64,000 bases of DNA from a virus (Duplodnaviria; Caudoviricetes). Shown here in pieces: positions 28,145 through 37,793 of this stretch. The DNA lies in the IMG/VR virus record IMGVR_UViG_3300028048_001801, positions 96,180 through 160,179 of that record. One strand, 5' to 3'. A program made the position numbers and the translations under genes. Numbering within the stretch: position 1 is the first letter of the stretch; each line of letters starts with the position of its first letter. The notes below the pieces were generated by a model. The model was not told the origin of the DNA. It searched no databases and saw only the letters and a program-made list of their open reading frames with translations.

Positions 28145-28627
28145 TCAGTTTTTTTCATATAATAAAAACGGTCTATAACCGATGCGCTCTACGCAGAGAC
28201 ATTTGCTGGTAGCGTTGTCTACATAACGCTCGTCATTATGCACATGACCGTAGTAATTCATGTACGGCGTGGTTTGGCTCAATATTAACGGTGCATGACT
28301 CAGTAGATAAAACCCGTCATACAGTATGGGAAATCTGCTCACGGTATGGAATCCCATATCTCTATAAGTTTGTTCGGACCAATTATCATGATTTCCCATT
28401 ATTAAAATCTTTTTCCCATTTAGTCTTCTCGCAATGTTTGAAATATACTCTTTATTGCCAAGCCCAAAATCGCCAAGATGAAGAACCACGTCTTTGTTTG
28501 ATACGGTTTCGTTCCAAAGCTTAATCATAGCTTCGTCCATTTCTTCGACACTTGCAAAAGGTCTATTACAATATTTAATTATATTTGCATGCCCAAAGTG
28601 GGTGTCGCTAATTCCAAATATTTTCAT
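28145..28627 (-). CDS. Calcineurin-like phosphoesterase
   Basis: SDTHFGH, HLGD, GNHD, SHAP, GHVH. Confidence 0.9.
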   Translation of the reverse strand: MKIFGISDTHFGHANIIKYCNRPFASVEEMDEAMIKLWNETVSNKDVVLHLGDFGLGNKEYISNIARRLNGKKILIMGNHDNWSEQTYRDMGFHTVSRFPILYDGFYLLSHAPLILSQTTPYMNYYGHVHNDERYVDNATSKCLCVERIGYRPFLLYEKN

Positions 28628-28629
28628 AT

Positions 28630-29541
28630 TTACTTTTTATCCTTATAAAAATCTATACCATAATTAAAGCAAGTTGACCACCAAATCCCAAGTCTATCCG
28701 CTTTTCTGCTTAATTTTTTCATAATTTTTTCCAATCCTTTAGATTCTTCTTCGTCTAAAGAATAACAACCTGCCGTCGAAACCAAATCAGAGTTAAGAGA
28801 TAAAGGAGCAATTATATCGTATCTTGGAGTACAATGATCACCACAATCCCTAATTCTGGCTCCTTCATAATTAGGAATTATATTCTTTTCTACCCATCTA
28901 ACGGTCTTAGCATTAAATATTTTAGTATATTTGGCCTCTTTGTCCTCATGTTTGATCCACTTAAAGTATTTTCTTTTTGCCTCTTTACGAGACATATAGA
29001 CATGATTGTAATCTAAGAGTTGATGGTGTCTGCAAAATGCCAGATAAGGCTCATTTTCAATAAACTCAATGTCTGAAAATACATCAAACATACCTGCCAT
29101 GCATAATTCTTGGTCTTCTGTGAGTTTATTCCCATCACACACATTATGTTCTGAAAGATAAATATTTTCTACTATAGCAGAAGCAGACGGTTTAAATTTG
29201 TCTATATCCCTTTCGAATTGAGCAAAGAACTCTCCCCTGACATTATCATTACTAAACTCCCAAAATACTCCGAACAACCATCCTGGGCATTCTTTTATTC
29301 TAAAATGTAAAACAGAATTGGTACCGAAGCCAAAGATAAAATAACCATCTAAATATTTTATATCTTTATCGTCTATAGTATAAGGGTGAAACAAACAGCT
29401 AGAATATCCTTTTCTAAGTTCTTTAATTAGAGTGTCGGAAGCAATTTTAAAATCACAAGCGTGACCTTGCTTATCCGCCTCTTCGACCTGTTCTTTATAC
29501 ATTTTAATCAAATTTTCTAATGGGTTTTTAGCCATAAACAA
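28630..29541 (-). CDS. Hypothetical protein
   Basis: 303-aa ORF with GGAGG SD below a promoter. Confidence 0.8.
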   Translation of the reverse strand: MFMAKNPLENLIKMYKEQVEEADKQGHACDFKIASDTLIKELRKGYSSCLFHPYTIDDKDIKYLDGYFIFGFGTNSVLHFRIKECPGWLFGVFWEFSNDNVRGEFFAQFERDIDKFKPSASAIVENIYLSEHNVCDGNKLTEDQELCMAGMFDVFSDIEFIENEPYLAFCRHHQLLDYNHVYMSRKEAKRKYFKWIKHEDKEAKYTKIFNAKTVRWVEKNIIPNYEGARIRDCGDHCTPRYDIIAPLSLNSDLVSTAGCYSLDEEESKGLEKIMKKLSRKADRLGIWWSTCFNYGIDFYKDKK

Positions 29542-29566
29542 ACCTCCTAAAATATGTTGTGGCTAT

Positions 29567-29595
29567 ATTATACACTAATAATATAGCCTTGTCAA
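29567..29595 (-). promoter_or_regulatory. sigma70/sigmaA promoter
   Basis: TTGACA-17-TATAAT. Confidence 0.8.
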
Positions 29596-29608
29596 CTATT
29601 AATGTTAA

Positions 29609-29926
29609 TCATAATTTCCCCTTATTATTCTTATTTATACACATAATTCCCTTAATCATCCCGCTCGTCGAGCAAATTACGATGCAGCTATTGATTAACT
29701 CTTTCTCACTTTTGGCATCAATATACTTGCCGCTCCAATCGAAATAACCCTCTTTCATTCTCGCAACAAGCCCTGCTTCCCGAAAATACTCGACAAAATC
29801 AGTACTCCAATCAAGTAATTTTCTCTCTTCTTTGAAGGCGCTCGGGCTGTCTAAAAAGTCTTTAATATTATCGCCGACGTGAAAATCCTGTGTGCCTTTA
29901 ACGAGATACATTGCATAAAGTTTCAT
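29609..29926 (-). CDS. Hypothetical protein
   Basis: 105 aa, GGAG SD within junction palindrome. Confidence 0.65.
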   Translation of the reverse strand: MKLYAMYLVKGTQDFHVGDNIKDFLDSPSAFKEERKLLDWSTDFVEYFREAGLVARMKEGYFDWSGKYIDAKSEKELINSCIVICSTSGMIKGIMCINKNNKGKL

Positions 29927-29941
29927 AATAAAACTCCTATT

Positions 29942-30226
29942 TTATTTTCCTAAATCTTTGTTTGTTATCTTGAATTTTTGCATAACTTCCTGTATAAGAA
30001 AGATTAAACTTAATTCGTTAAAAGGTTTTTCCGTAAGAAAATCGACAACAAATTTCACAACTTCCGTATATGCTTTATGTTTGATTTCATCCTCGTCAAT
30101 AGGTTTCGGCCAATAAGGCGTGGTGTCGGGTATAATTTCCCTACGAACCCTCAAATATTCTTCGGGCTTTTCAGGTGCTTTCCCCGTTCTCTGAACGTGG
30201 TCAACTATATAACAAAATTCATCCAT
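29942..30226 (-). CDS. Hypothetical protein
   Basis: 94-aa ORF. Confidence 0.65.
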   Translation of the reverse strand: MDEFCYIVDHVQRTGKAPEKPEEYLRVRREIIPDTTPYWPKPIDEDEIKHKAYTEVVKFVVDFLTEKPFNELSLIFLIQEVMQKFKITNKDLGK

Positions 30227-30293
30227 TTATCCATGTCTCCTTCCGTATACTCAAAATTTTTCATCTTTTCTCCTTATAAAATAGAGTGTTTAT

Positions 30294-30530
30294 TTATAAA
30301 ACGATACTTTTATTACCGCTTAAGTCTCTTGTATCTGTTTCAGCGCTAAGTATTATGTCATTATTTGTAGACATAGAAGTGTCTACATTCTTATATATCT
30401 CGTCATAGTTGGTTCCAAACAACTGATTATATGCCTGTGTGAAAGAAAGATTTGGATGCTTTCTTCTATACTTTTCTACTTTACGACGAGTCTCTCTATT
30501 CGTATTTGGTGGTGTATTGTAATAAAGCAT
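30294..30530 (-). CDS. Hypothetical basic protein
   Basis: Start moved to ATG 30530, just after the upstream stop. Confidence 0.55.
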   Translation of the reverse strand: MLYYNTPPNTNRETRRKVEKYRRKHPNLSFTQAYNQLFGTNYDEIYKNVDTSMSTNNDIILSAETDTRDLSGNKSIVL

Positions 30531-30532
30531 TC

Positions 30533-30748
30533 TTAATTCAACCCCATTTCTCGACAAAGATCATTATAGAGTTTATCTAACATAATTTTAAGGTACTGTT
30601 TCTTATCTTCATTTGTTAGATTATCATACATCTCATCCATGAATTTATTCACTAAACAATATTCATGTATGGGGTCCCCCATGGGTTGATTGTTTCGTTC
30701 AAAAAATTCATAGAATTTGATTTTCCAACTAAATAGGTCTAAATTCAT
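30533..30748 (-). CDS. Hypothetical protein
   Basis: 71 aa, GGAGG SD. Confidence 0.65.
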   Translation of the reverse strand: MNLDLFSWKIKFYEFFERNNQPMGDPIHEYCLVNKFMDEMYDNLTNEDKKQYLKIMLDKLYNDLCREMGLN

Positions 30749-30751
30749 ATT

Positions 30752-31018
30752 TTAACCTCCTAAAATTATCTTGCGATATTCTTTTGGTGATATCTTTCCC
30801 ATCTCATAATCTATTTCTGCCTTTAATTCCTTTTCGTCTAAACATCTTGGAACATTGTATATGTAATTTCTGATTTTCTCAACCGCTTTATCGGGCGAGA
30901 TATCCATTTTACTCTCATCGGCACACACCTCTCCTATCAGGAAAAGACTGTGGTCACATTTTTCTATAATATGAATAAGTTGCTCCTTCGAAAGAGTCAT
31001 CAATGTTTCTTTATCCAT
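30752..31018 (-). CDS. Hypothetical protein
   Basis: 88 aa, GGGAG SD. Confidence 0.7.
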   Translation of the reverse strand: MDKETLMTLSKEQLIHIIEKCDHSLFLIGEVCADESKMDISPDKAVEKIRNYIYNVPRCLDEKELKAEIDYEMGKISPKEYRKIILGG

Positions 31019-31021
31019 AAA

Positions 31022-31273
31022 TTATAACTCCCAAGAATCAGGTATTTTGTCTACAAGTAAGCAACAATCAAATTCCTCATTATAGAAAGGACAATCAGGA
31101 CAATCTAATTGTTGTCTACATACTTGTTTTACTTCTTTCAAAGTATAATCCTCAAGTTTTCTATCTACTTTGTCTAAATATTGTTTCAAAATATAAGCAT
31201 TAGGATCGTCCATATCAAACCTCCAAATAAAAACAGCAATCTGTTCATTATACAATGATTTTCCATAAATCAC
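31022..31273 (-). CDS. Hypothetical protein (Cys cluster)
   Basis: C..CPDCPF..CC..P.W pattern. Confidence 0.6.
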   Translation of the reverse strand: MIYGKSLYNEQIAVFIWRFDMDDPNAYILKQYLDKVDRKLEDYTLKEVKQVCRQQLDCPDCPFYNEEFDCCLLVDKIPDSWEL

Positions 31274-31282
31274 ATAATCTTT

Positions 31283-31637
31283 TCAGATTACATTTATAAT
31301 GGATGGGGTCAGATAACCCTGTATTCCGTCGGCAAAAGCGTTCGGAAATACTTTCTTAATAATTTGTAAAGAACCATTTACGTCAGAATTTATCAATCTT
31401 CCGTCATCAGCTTTAAACAACCCTCTTTTAATTCTTCTCGATTTGTTGTAATTTTCTTTTAACGGTTCTTCATTGTCGAGAAAACTCGTTCCAGAAGTGT
31501 ATGATTCATCGGTTGTTATGAACTTTATCCCCACCTCTTCACACTTATATTCAAGCTGTATAACACATTTGATTTATATAACCCCAAATTTGATGTTGTT
31601 TTGTTATAATTTGCTGCTCAGTCCTAATTATTCTCAT
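31283..31637 (-). pseudogene. tnpB: Internally deleted IS200/IS605-family TnpB
   Basis: N-terminal MRIIRTEQQIITKQHQIWGYINQMCYTA* joined out of frame to the C-terminal QLEYKCEEVGI..ESYTSGTSFLD..RRIKRGLF..INSDVNGS. Confidence 0.8.
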
Positions 31638-31651
31638 AAAAACCCATGTTT

Positions 31652-31831
31652 TTATTGTCCTCTTTCTTTATGAACAAACTTGCGAATGGTTCGACTCAAC
31701 TCTTCATAACAATCCTTACAAAGATCACATTTTAAGAACTCGTCTATCGTGTCTATTTCGATATCGGGATAATCATGCATCTCGTCTAATTCTTTACCAC
31801 AATGGTCGCAGTATATTTTAGTCTTTGTCAT
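31652..31831 (-). CDS. Small Zn-finger protein
   Basis: YCDHCG...DLCKDC; start at ATG 31831. Confidence 0.7.
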   Translation of the reverse strand: MTKTKIYCDHCGKELDEMHDYPDIEIDTIDEFLKCDLCKDCYEELSRTIRKFVHKERGQ

Positions 31832-31844
31832 TATATGTTCTCTC

Positions 31845-32129
31845 TTAAAGTTTATCAAACTCATCATCTATTTCGTCAATATATGCACTAATGCACTTTT
31901 CAATTCTTCTGTATAATTCTAAAGGAAAGGCATTTGAAATATTGAATCTGGTTATATCTTCCGCGTGAGCATCTTCTACAACCAAACAGCGGCCTACCGC
32001 GATGTGCGCGTCTCCGTCGTTGGTATACGTACCTGAAATAACTAAACAACGCATTACACTAGCAAATTCAGATGCAGCTTCTCTCTGGTCGTTTAATTCT
32101 TGTGCTTTTTCAAATTTTTCTTGAGTCAT
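31845..32129 (-). CDS. Hypothetical protein
   Basis: 94 aa, GGAGG SD. Confidence 0.75.
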   Translation of the reverse strand: MTQEKFEKAQELNDQREAASEFASVMRCLVISGTYTNDGDAHIAVGRCLVVEDAHAEDITRFNISNAFPLELYRRIEKCISAYIDEIDDEFDKL

Positions 32130-32158
32130 TTTATAACCTCCGTCATTTATGTGTTTTT

Positions 32159-32187
32159 ATTTTAACACAAATAAGAAAATTTGTCAA
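32159..32187 (-). promoter_or_regulatory. sigma70/sigmaA promoter
   Basis: TTGACA-17-TAAAAT with TG. Confidence 0.75.
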
Positions 32188-32232
32188 CTGTTTTAAGCCA
32201 TATTTTCGAAATAAAACAAACCTTTTATTTTT

Positions 32233-32775
32233 TTAATAAACCCTTACAATTCTCGGTTCGCTAAGATAATCGCAAACTAAATCACCGAAGAATTTTAATG
32301 CCATACCTTCTCTATAAACATCCGCGGTCGCTCCATTAAACCCAGTAACTTTAGTATAAGAAAAACTTTTATAAATAAAGCCACTATCAGGATCTTCCCA
32401 ATAATTATCAAACCAATTTTGCAATTCATCGCTTATATCATAACCACAAGATTCAGATAACTCACAGCAGACATAACCTTCTATATAAGAAAGTTGATGA
32501 TAATTAGTTCCGTTTTCGGTCCGTTCAGCAAGTTCGAAACACGCAGACGATAGATGCAATTGCGGGTTTTGTATTTCATAATTAAAATCCAACTCTTCAG
32601 CAGCAGTGGTAGACAAATCATACCGCTCTTTAAAAGTATCGATTATATCTTCGATTTCGATTGAGTTACTGTCTCCTACGTATAATCTTATAGTACAATT
32701 ATGTTTTTTAGCAATCGAATTTAATTCTGAGAGCGTATTTACATGCGCGGTGGTAAAGCTTAAGATATTATTCAT
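32233..32775 (-). CDS. Hypothetical protein
   Basis: 180 aa, AGGAG SD. Confidence 0.75.
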   Translation of the reverse strand: MNNILSFTTAHVNTLSELNSIAKKHNCTIRLYVGDSNSIEIEDIIDTFKERYDLSTTAAEELDFNYEIQNPQLHLSSACFELAERTENGTNYHQLSYIEGYVCCELSESCGYDISDELQNWFDNYWEDPDSGFIYKSFSYTKVTGFNGATADVYREGMALKFFGDLVCDYLSEPRIVRVY

Positions 32776-32816
32776 TTTAATAACTCCTTATGGTAAAATT
32801 GAAACAAGTCTATGCC

Positions 32817-33239
32817 TTATAGCCCTAAACCTCTTTTGATTCTATCTCTTTTGTCTAATTCGTAAAGAGATAGATCTCCAATTTTTCTATCTTCCAATAG
32901 CTCAAGTTCGTATGCTAGTTTACTTGTTTCCTGATTGTAGATCTCTTCTAATTCTTCCTGTTCAACGCTTAATTTGAGCTCTTTGACATACTTGTTATAT
33001 TTATGTTCTGTAACAAAATAGTTTATAAGACCCAAACAAAGAGCCATTCCAAAGGAAGATACTGTTACTATCCAAGAATGTTGTATGCCTCCTGCAAGAA
33101 AAGCAATTGATATAAGGCAGACAAGTGCAAACGTGGATGTAAAGCCCTTTAAGAATTCGTTTTCAAACCAATACCTTTCCACCTCTCTTCTACACACCGT
33201 TCTTCCGTAATTTGTTTCTTTTTTATAATATTTATACAT
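32817..33239 (-). CDS. Membrane protein, hypothetical
   Basis: Two hydrophobic helices. Confidence 0.7.
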   Translation of the reverse strand: MYKYYKKETNYGRTVCRREVERYWFENEFLKGFTSTFALVCLISIAFLAGGIQHSWIVTVSSFGMALCLGLINYFVTEHKYNKYVKELKLSVEQEELEEIYNQETSKLAYELELLEDRKIGDLSLYELDKRDRIKRGLGL

Positions 33240-33262
33240 ATTTTTACTCCGTAATGATTAAT

Positions 33263-33769
33263 TTAAGAATTGTACTCCTTAGGGAGAACTACTGCATATT
33301 TTACTATATTTACTTCAAATGGCTTCTTGGGGTGGTTGAATATATACCCATCCTCATTAGTTAGAAATCCCCATGAACAAAGCTGATGCACTATATAATC
33401 ATCTGGGCATGAGGATTCACCCATTTTTTCTTTGAACTTTTTAAGTTCAAATTTTTCTATTTCTGGTCTTATAGACAACATTGTTAAGCTATTTATCTCT
33501 TCTTGAAAAGGAAGTAATGGTTCCATAGGGAGATTGTTTAAAGAAGGGAAAGATAAATTTATGCTAATCAACCATGTTTCCAAAGGGAATCTTTCATCTT
33601 TAAAATTATTTCCCCCGATATTTTTGAACATACAAACTTCTTTGCCATACACATAATCCGATGTTTCTTTTACCACGGGTTTTCTGTTAATACAATAATT
33701 AAAAAGAGAGTCTTTAAGAGCATCTGATATTTTTTTCAACATCTCTGGAGTTACAGATAAGTCTATCAT
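33263..33769 (-). CDS. Hypothetical protein
   Basis: 168-aa ORF. Confidence 0.7.
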   Translation of the reverse strand: MIDLSVTPEMLKKISDALKDSLFNYCINRKPVVKETSDYVYGKEVCMFKNIGGNNFKDERFPLETWLISINLSFPSLNNLPMEPLLPFQEEINSLTMLSIRPEIEKFELKKFKEKMGESSCPDDYIVHQLCSWGFLTNEDGYIFNHPKKPFEVNIVKYAVVLPKEYNS

Positions 33770-33818
33770 AAATTGTTTCCTTTGTCGTTCTCGACTTTTG
33801 GTATTTGAAGTTCTTCCA

Positions 33819-34169
33819 TTATATTTCCTTCCATCCGTTTCTCTTTATTATTCTACGCATATTTTCTACCCCAACAGGGTTTTGTGAGTGAATATGAAAA
33901 GTAAAATATTTACCTAAATCAACTTGTTCAAGCCAATCGAGCAATTTTATATAGTCACCTCCATCACCTATATAACCTCCAGCATCGTGATCTATATTTA
34001 ATTCTGGAAAGTCAGACATCATTGCCATATAAAGTACTCGGTTATTATTTTCTAAAGCACTTTTCTTAGACCCCTCTAATCTGGTAATTATATCTTTTGC
34101 TTCGTTCACCGACCTTACCCAAATATATCCTTCAGGTGCAGGTCTTACGTCATCTATCCAAAGTTTCAT
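33819..34169 (-). CDS. Cyclic-phosphate-processing receiver-like domain protein
   Basis: KLWIDDVRPAP..DHDAG..HIHSQNPVG pattern. Confidence 0.75.
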   Translation of the reverse strand: MKLWIDDVRPAPEGYIWVRSVNEAKDIITRLEGSKKSALENNNRVLYMAMMSDFPELNIDHDAGGYIGDGGDYIKLLDWLEQVDLGKYFTFHIHSQNPVGVENMRRIIKRNGWKEI

Positions 34170-34170
34170 T

Positions 34171-34554
34171 TTATTCCTCCTTATATTCAGGCAATTCTGT
34201 CCAAGCGATTACATTTAATAAAGTTATTCTACTACCCATTGAAGCTATTTCAAAAAACTGCTTACCGCCAACTGGAGTGTCATCATAATAGTTAGCCATA
34301 AAGTAATCTTTATTTGTAGTGCAAAGCCATACTTTCTGCCCTTGGCGGGTCGGCAAATCGTTTTCAGATACTTTATGCCAAACAGGTTTAGTCCAACCCA
34401 TGTCTATAAGTTCTTTTGCCATCTTGTTGTATTCAAATTCTATATAGGTTTGGTCTCCGTATCCGCAATCTTCTTGATATTCGTCGTAATCCACAACAAG
34501 ACTTAGATTCCGTTCCATTTCTTTAATTAATTCTTCTTTCATATTTTCCTCCAA
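34171..34554 (-). CDS. Hypothetical protein with DUF551-like C-terminus
   Basis: WHKVSENDLP...VIAWTELP. Confidence 0.7.
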   Translation of the reverse strand: MEENMKEELIKEMERNLSLVVDYDEYQEDCGYGDQTYIEFEYNKMAKELIDMGWTKPVWHKVSENDLPTRQGQKVWLCTTNKDYFMANYYDDTPVGGKQFFEIASMGSRITLLNVIAWTELPEYKEE

Positions 34555-34569
34555 AATAAAACATGTGTT

Positions 34570-34968
34570 TTATTCCACAACCGGTATAATAGTTGGTGTT
34601 ATTACTACACTCGATTCCTTAACAGATAATAAATCAATAGCATCAAGAATTGACTTAGCAAATTCTTCCGCCAGTTTCATTGTCTCTACATCTCTCCATC
34701 GGAATTCTTGTTCCCATGTGACAGTACGGTTAAGCCAGGAACCCTTTTCCACTCGATGCCAAATAATGTCGCAAGGAACATCAAAAGTCTTGCAGTAGCA
34801 AATCCCGTTGTATCGTATGCTTACGTCTATCGCTCGCTTACCTGGATTTGGATTTATTAATATTCTTCCACTTTTATATTTATAATCAAAAGCTCTCAGT
34901 GGAGCAGAAGATGTTCTGCCTTTATGCCACTCTTGATAATTTTTATATTCTACTTTATCTACTCTCAT
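34570..34968 (-). CDS. Hypothetical protein
   Basis: ATG 34968 with GAGG SD; bracketed by palindromes 34556 and 34981. Confidence 0.7.
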   Translation of the reverse strand: MRVDKVEYKNYQEWHKGRTSSAPLRAFDYKYKSGRILINPNPGKRAIDVSIRYNGICYCKTFDVPCDIIWHRVEKGSWLNRTVTWEQEFRWRDVETMKLAEEFAKSILDAIDLLSVKESSVVITPTIIPVVE

Positions 34969-34994
34969 ACTGTTTTCCTCATAAAACACGCGTT

Positions 34995-35261
34995 TTATTT
35001 TTCTCCTGCTCCAAGAAATTCGTTGTCATAGCCTAACCAAGTGAAACATGCTACAAACTTGTCGCCTTCAAAATATCCTAAAGAATAATAACACACAAAA
35101 TCATCGTCTTCACATTTTTGATATAAGACATCACACTTTGCAGGAATTATAAGATCACCGTACCCAGAAAGGTTTAACTCGTAGTAATTGTTATTATAGC
35201 ATGACTTATCTTTAAGGTGCGTCATGTATTTTGGATCTAACTCGAATTTGAACTCTATCAT
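34995..35261 (-). CDS. Hypothetical protein
   Basis: 88 aa; stop codon inside palindrome 34981. Confidence 0.7.
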   Translation of the reverse strand: MIEFKFELDPKYMTHLKDKSCYNNNYYELNLSGYGDLIIPAKCDVLYQKCEDDDFVCYYSLGYFEGDKFVACFTWLGYDNEFLGAGEK

Positions 35262-35298
35262 AAGTGAAAAACTACCTCCAACTTCAACTTACACTATT

Positions 35299-35327
35299 AT
35301 TATATATTATAAATAGTATTTTGTCAA
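35299..35327 (-). promoter_or_regulatory. sigma70/sigmaA promoter
   Basis: TTGACA-17-TATAAT. Confidence 0.8.
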
Positions 35328-35386
35328 CTGTTTTGAGGTAGTTTTTAAAAATTTTTTAATTTATTTTTATAAAAGAATAGTTTTAT

Positions 35387-35587
35387 TTAATCTGCAGCGG
35401 GATCGACAACGCCTTCGGTCACGGTAAATTCTTTCCCACATTCCAAACACCTACAAACCGTGGTGGCTTTGTTTTTATCAGGATTTATATTTACCCCGTT
35501 TTCATAAATGGGCGGATAATAGCACATTGTCGAAAAAGAATGTTTTTCTGCATATTTTGAAGCACCACAATAAGGACATTTTATCAT
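35387..35587 (-). CDS. Zn-ribbon protein
   Basis: CPYCG...CLECG; bracketed by palindromes 35369 and 35602. Confidence 0.75.
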   Translation of the reverse strand: MIKCPYCGASKYAEKHSFSTMCYYPPIYENGVNINPDKNKATTVCRCLECGKEFTVTEGVVDPAAD

Positions 35588-35619
35588 ATTTTCTCTCCTT
35601 TATAAAAGAATGTTTTTAT

Positions 35620-35919
35620 TTACATATTCATTATAATTACTTTGCTTTCGTTCCCGAAGACGTTTTTAACTCTAATTTCTTTGAATACCTTTTGAGACCA
35701 ATGCTCTTTGGGCCGCCAACTTTTCGGTGCGTCTTCTTTAACAATATCGACTAAGAATCTTCGAGGTATCGCTTGTAAAAATCCCATTACGATTCCCTCG
35801 TTTTCTTCAAATGAAGTCGCTCTATATCTTAAAGCTATGCTTTGAGCGTTATTCTTCTCATATGGATTATTTGCAAGTAATTTCCAAATCGTTTCCTCGC
35901 CAAAATAATTTTGAATCAT
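35620..35919 (-). CDS. Hypothetical protein
   Basis: 99 aa. Confidence 0.7.
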   Translation of the reverse strand: MIQNYFGEETIWKLLANNPYEKNNAQSIALRYRATSFEENEGIVMGFLQAIPRRFLVDIVKEDAPKSWRPKEHWSQKVFKEIRVKNVFGNESKVIIMNM

Positions 35920-35921
35920 TT

Positions 35922-36608
35922 TTATACCTCATTATTTTTCTGTTTATCTATCCAGTTTTTATAATCTTCTACAACTAAATCAAAACATTTTTTAGCGAAA
36001 TTGACCCTAAAATAAAGGTCGTCGTAGCCTAAACTAAAAAGAGAAATATATACTGCTTCGTTATCTTTATACAGCATCCTATCAAAATAGGTGCCCCAGA
36101 TCTCCTGATAACAAAGACTTCTTCTATAGTAATCAAGATGATCTATATAATATTTAAGGTTATCATCATCCTGAATTTCATTTATCTGTTCAGGCGTAAG
36201 TTTTTTGCACTTTTCTACGATGGGTGTTAAAAATTCTAACTCTTTCCAGTCTTCGAAATCATAGTCTTGATCTGTTGAGTTCTGAAAATAAATCGTAGTG
36301 TCAAATAAATCATAAAGAGAATTTGGAACCCCAAATATACAGAGAGTTTCTTGCTCTTTAAGATAGAACCATCTATAACAAAAAATCTTGCTTACCCAGT
36401 TTTCTTGTTCCGACTTATCTTTTTCGGGGTAATCTTCCCATGAGGATAGGTTTTTTGAATTAATTACTCTAGAAGCAGGAGAATAATGAAAATTTTGTTT
36501 CGCAATTTCATCAGATGTTTCTTTTACCTGGTTTTTCATAGTAACAAAAAATTCTTGGATATCTTGCGCTGGAATTTTCTTAAAACTAATATAACAACTG
36601 TAACTCAT
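35922..36608 (-). CDS. Hypothetical protein
   Basis: 228 aa; YFQNSTDQDYDF motif; GGAG SD. Confidence 0.8.
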   Translation of the reverse strand: MSYSCYISFKKIPAQDIQEFFVTMKNQVKETSDEIAKQNFHYSPASRVINSKNLSSWEDYPEKDKSEQENWVSKIFCYRWFYLKEQETLCIFGVPNSLYDLFDTTIYFQNSTDQDYDFEDWKELEFLTPIVEKCKKLTPEQINEIQDDDNLKYYIDHLDYYRRSLCYQEIWGTYFDRMLYKDNEAVYISLFSLGYDDLYFRVNFAKKCFDLVVEDYKNWIDKQKNNEV

Positions 36609-36633
36609 ATAATCTCCTAATAAAATTTCACTT

Positions 36634-37239
36634 TTATATCTTTTTTTCGAAATAGTTTACGCCATTAACAAGCTCTTCCTTAGTTAAAGCCCAAGTTTTA
36701 CCATAGTCATCTATGTGATAAGTATTGGCATCGGGACCTGGCCAGCCCCAAACGTAATAAAGATGATTATAATAAAGCTGCGAATCAAACGGTTTTATAT
36801 GGATAATTTCAACATGCGGTTTGTTTGTGTATTCTCCTCCATACATTGTCCCATAAAACCCCTTTACAAATGCTGTTTGAAGTTTAATCTTTTGAGAATC
36901 GGATAGAGACCAGTCGGTTATGTTATTCACTAAATTATTAAAGGCATCAATTTTATAGTTGTTTTTCTCGCAAAATTTTTCATAAAATTCCAAGGGATTG
37001 TCGGACCATGTTTCGTTGCGATCTTCATAAAACCATTCTCCTCCAAACCCATCGGAAAACGACTCTGCACTAATTGGGGAAAACGAATCTTTGTTGTATT
37101 TAGAAATACGATTTCTTTTATCTACAACACAAAGTGTTTCACCCAAGGCGTTAAATTTCTTTTGCGCCAATTGTTCCCTCATTTTCTGTTCTTCTTTAAG
37201 TCTTATTCTTTCTGCGTCTTCTTCGGTCCAAAGTTTCAT
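36634..37239 (-). CDS. Hypothetical protein
   Basis: 201 aa; WGWPGPD..YGKTWA. Confidence 0.8.
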   Translation of the reverse strand: MKLWTEEDAERIRLKEEQKMREQLAQKKFNALGETLCVVDKRNRISKYNKDSFSPISAESFSDGFGGEWFYEDRNETWSDNPLEFYEKFCEKNNYKIDAFNNLVNNITDWSLSDSQKIKLQTAFVKGFYGTMYGGEYTNKPHVEIIHIKPFDSQLYYNHLYYVWGWPGPDANTYHIDDYGKTWALTKEELVNGVNYFEKKI

Positions 37240-37266
37240 TTTTACCTCTTTTATAAAATTACTTTT

Positions 37267-37770
37267 TTATTTAGATTGTTTTAACAATCCGTCATAATAT
37301 TTAACCAAATCCCTAGCTTGTTTGCTTTCCTTTTGAGCGCTCTTTAATAGCTCCCTAACAGAGTGTCTGCCGTATTGCTTCCAAATTATTTTGTTTGTAC
37401 GTAAATCTACGATAAAACCACATTCCACCGTTGTTAAATCCGAGGCGTCAACCCAGCAAAACAATTTTCTTTTAAGGGAGTCCAAAAATTGTTCCGATCC
37501 TGTGGTAGCTACAACACATCCGCGTAATATAGCAACCAAATAAGCATCGCCATCTCTATATGGTTTATCATCTGAATAAATAAAATTTTCTTCCCACTCC
37601 GGGCTATATGGTAATCCATTGTCGATATAAAAATCCTTTATACTGATTTTGGTTTTATATTTTTCAGCCTCTTTCTCGTTTTCTTTGAGGGTTTGTATTA
37701 AAACCATTCGCTCCTCAGGTGTCATTTTTTTTATTCTATCTATTTCATTCATTCCATAAAGCTGACTCAT
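37267..37770 (-). CDS. Hypothetical protein
   Basis: 167 aa. Confidence 0.75.
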   Translation of the reverse strand: MSQLYGMNEIDRIKKMTPEERMVLIQTLKENEKEAEKYKTKISIKDFYIDNGLPYSPEWEENFIYSDDKPYRDGDAYLVAILRGCVVATTGSEQFLDSLKRKLFCWVDASDLTTVECGFIVDLRTNKIIWKQYGRHSVRELLKSAQKESKQARDLVKYYDGLLKQSK

Positions 37771-37793
37771 TTATTGTTTTCTCCATAATGAAA

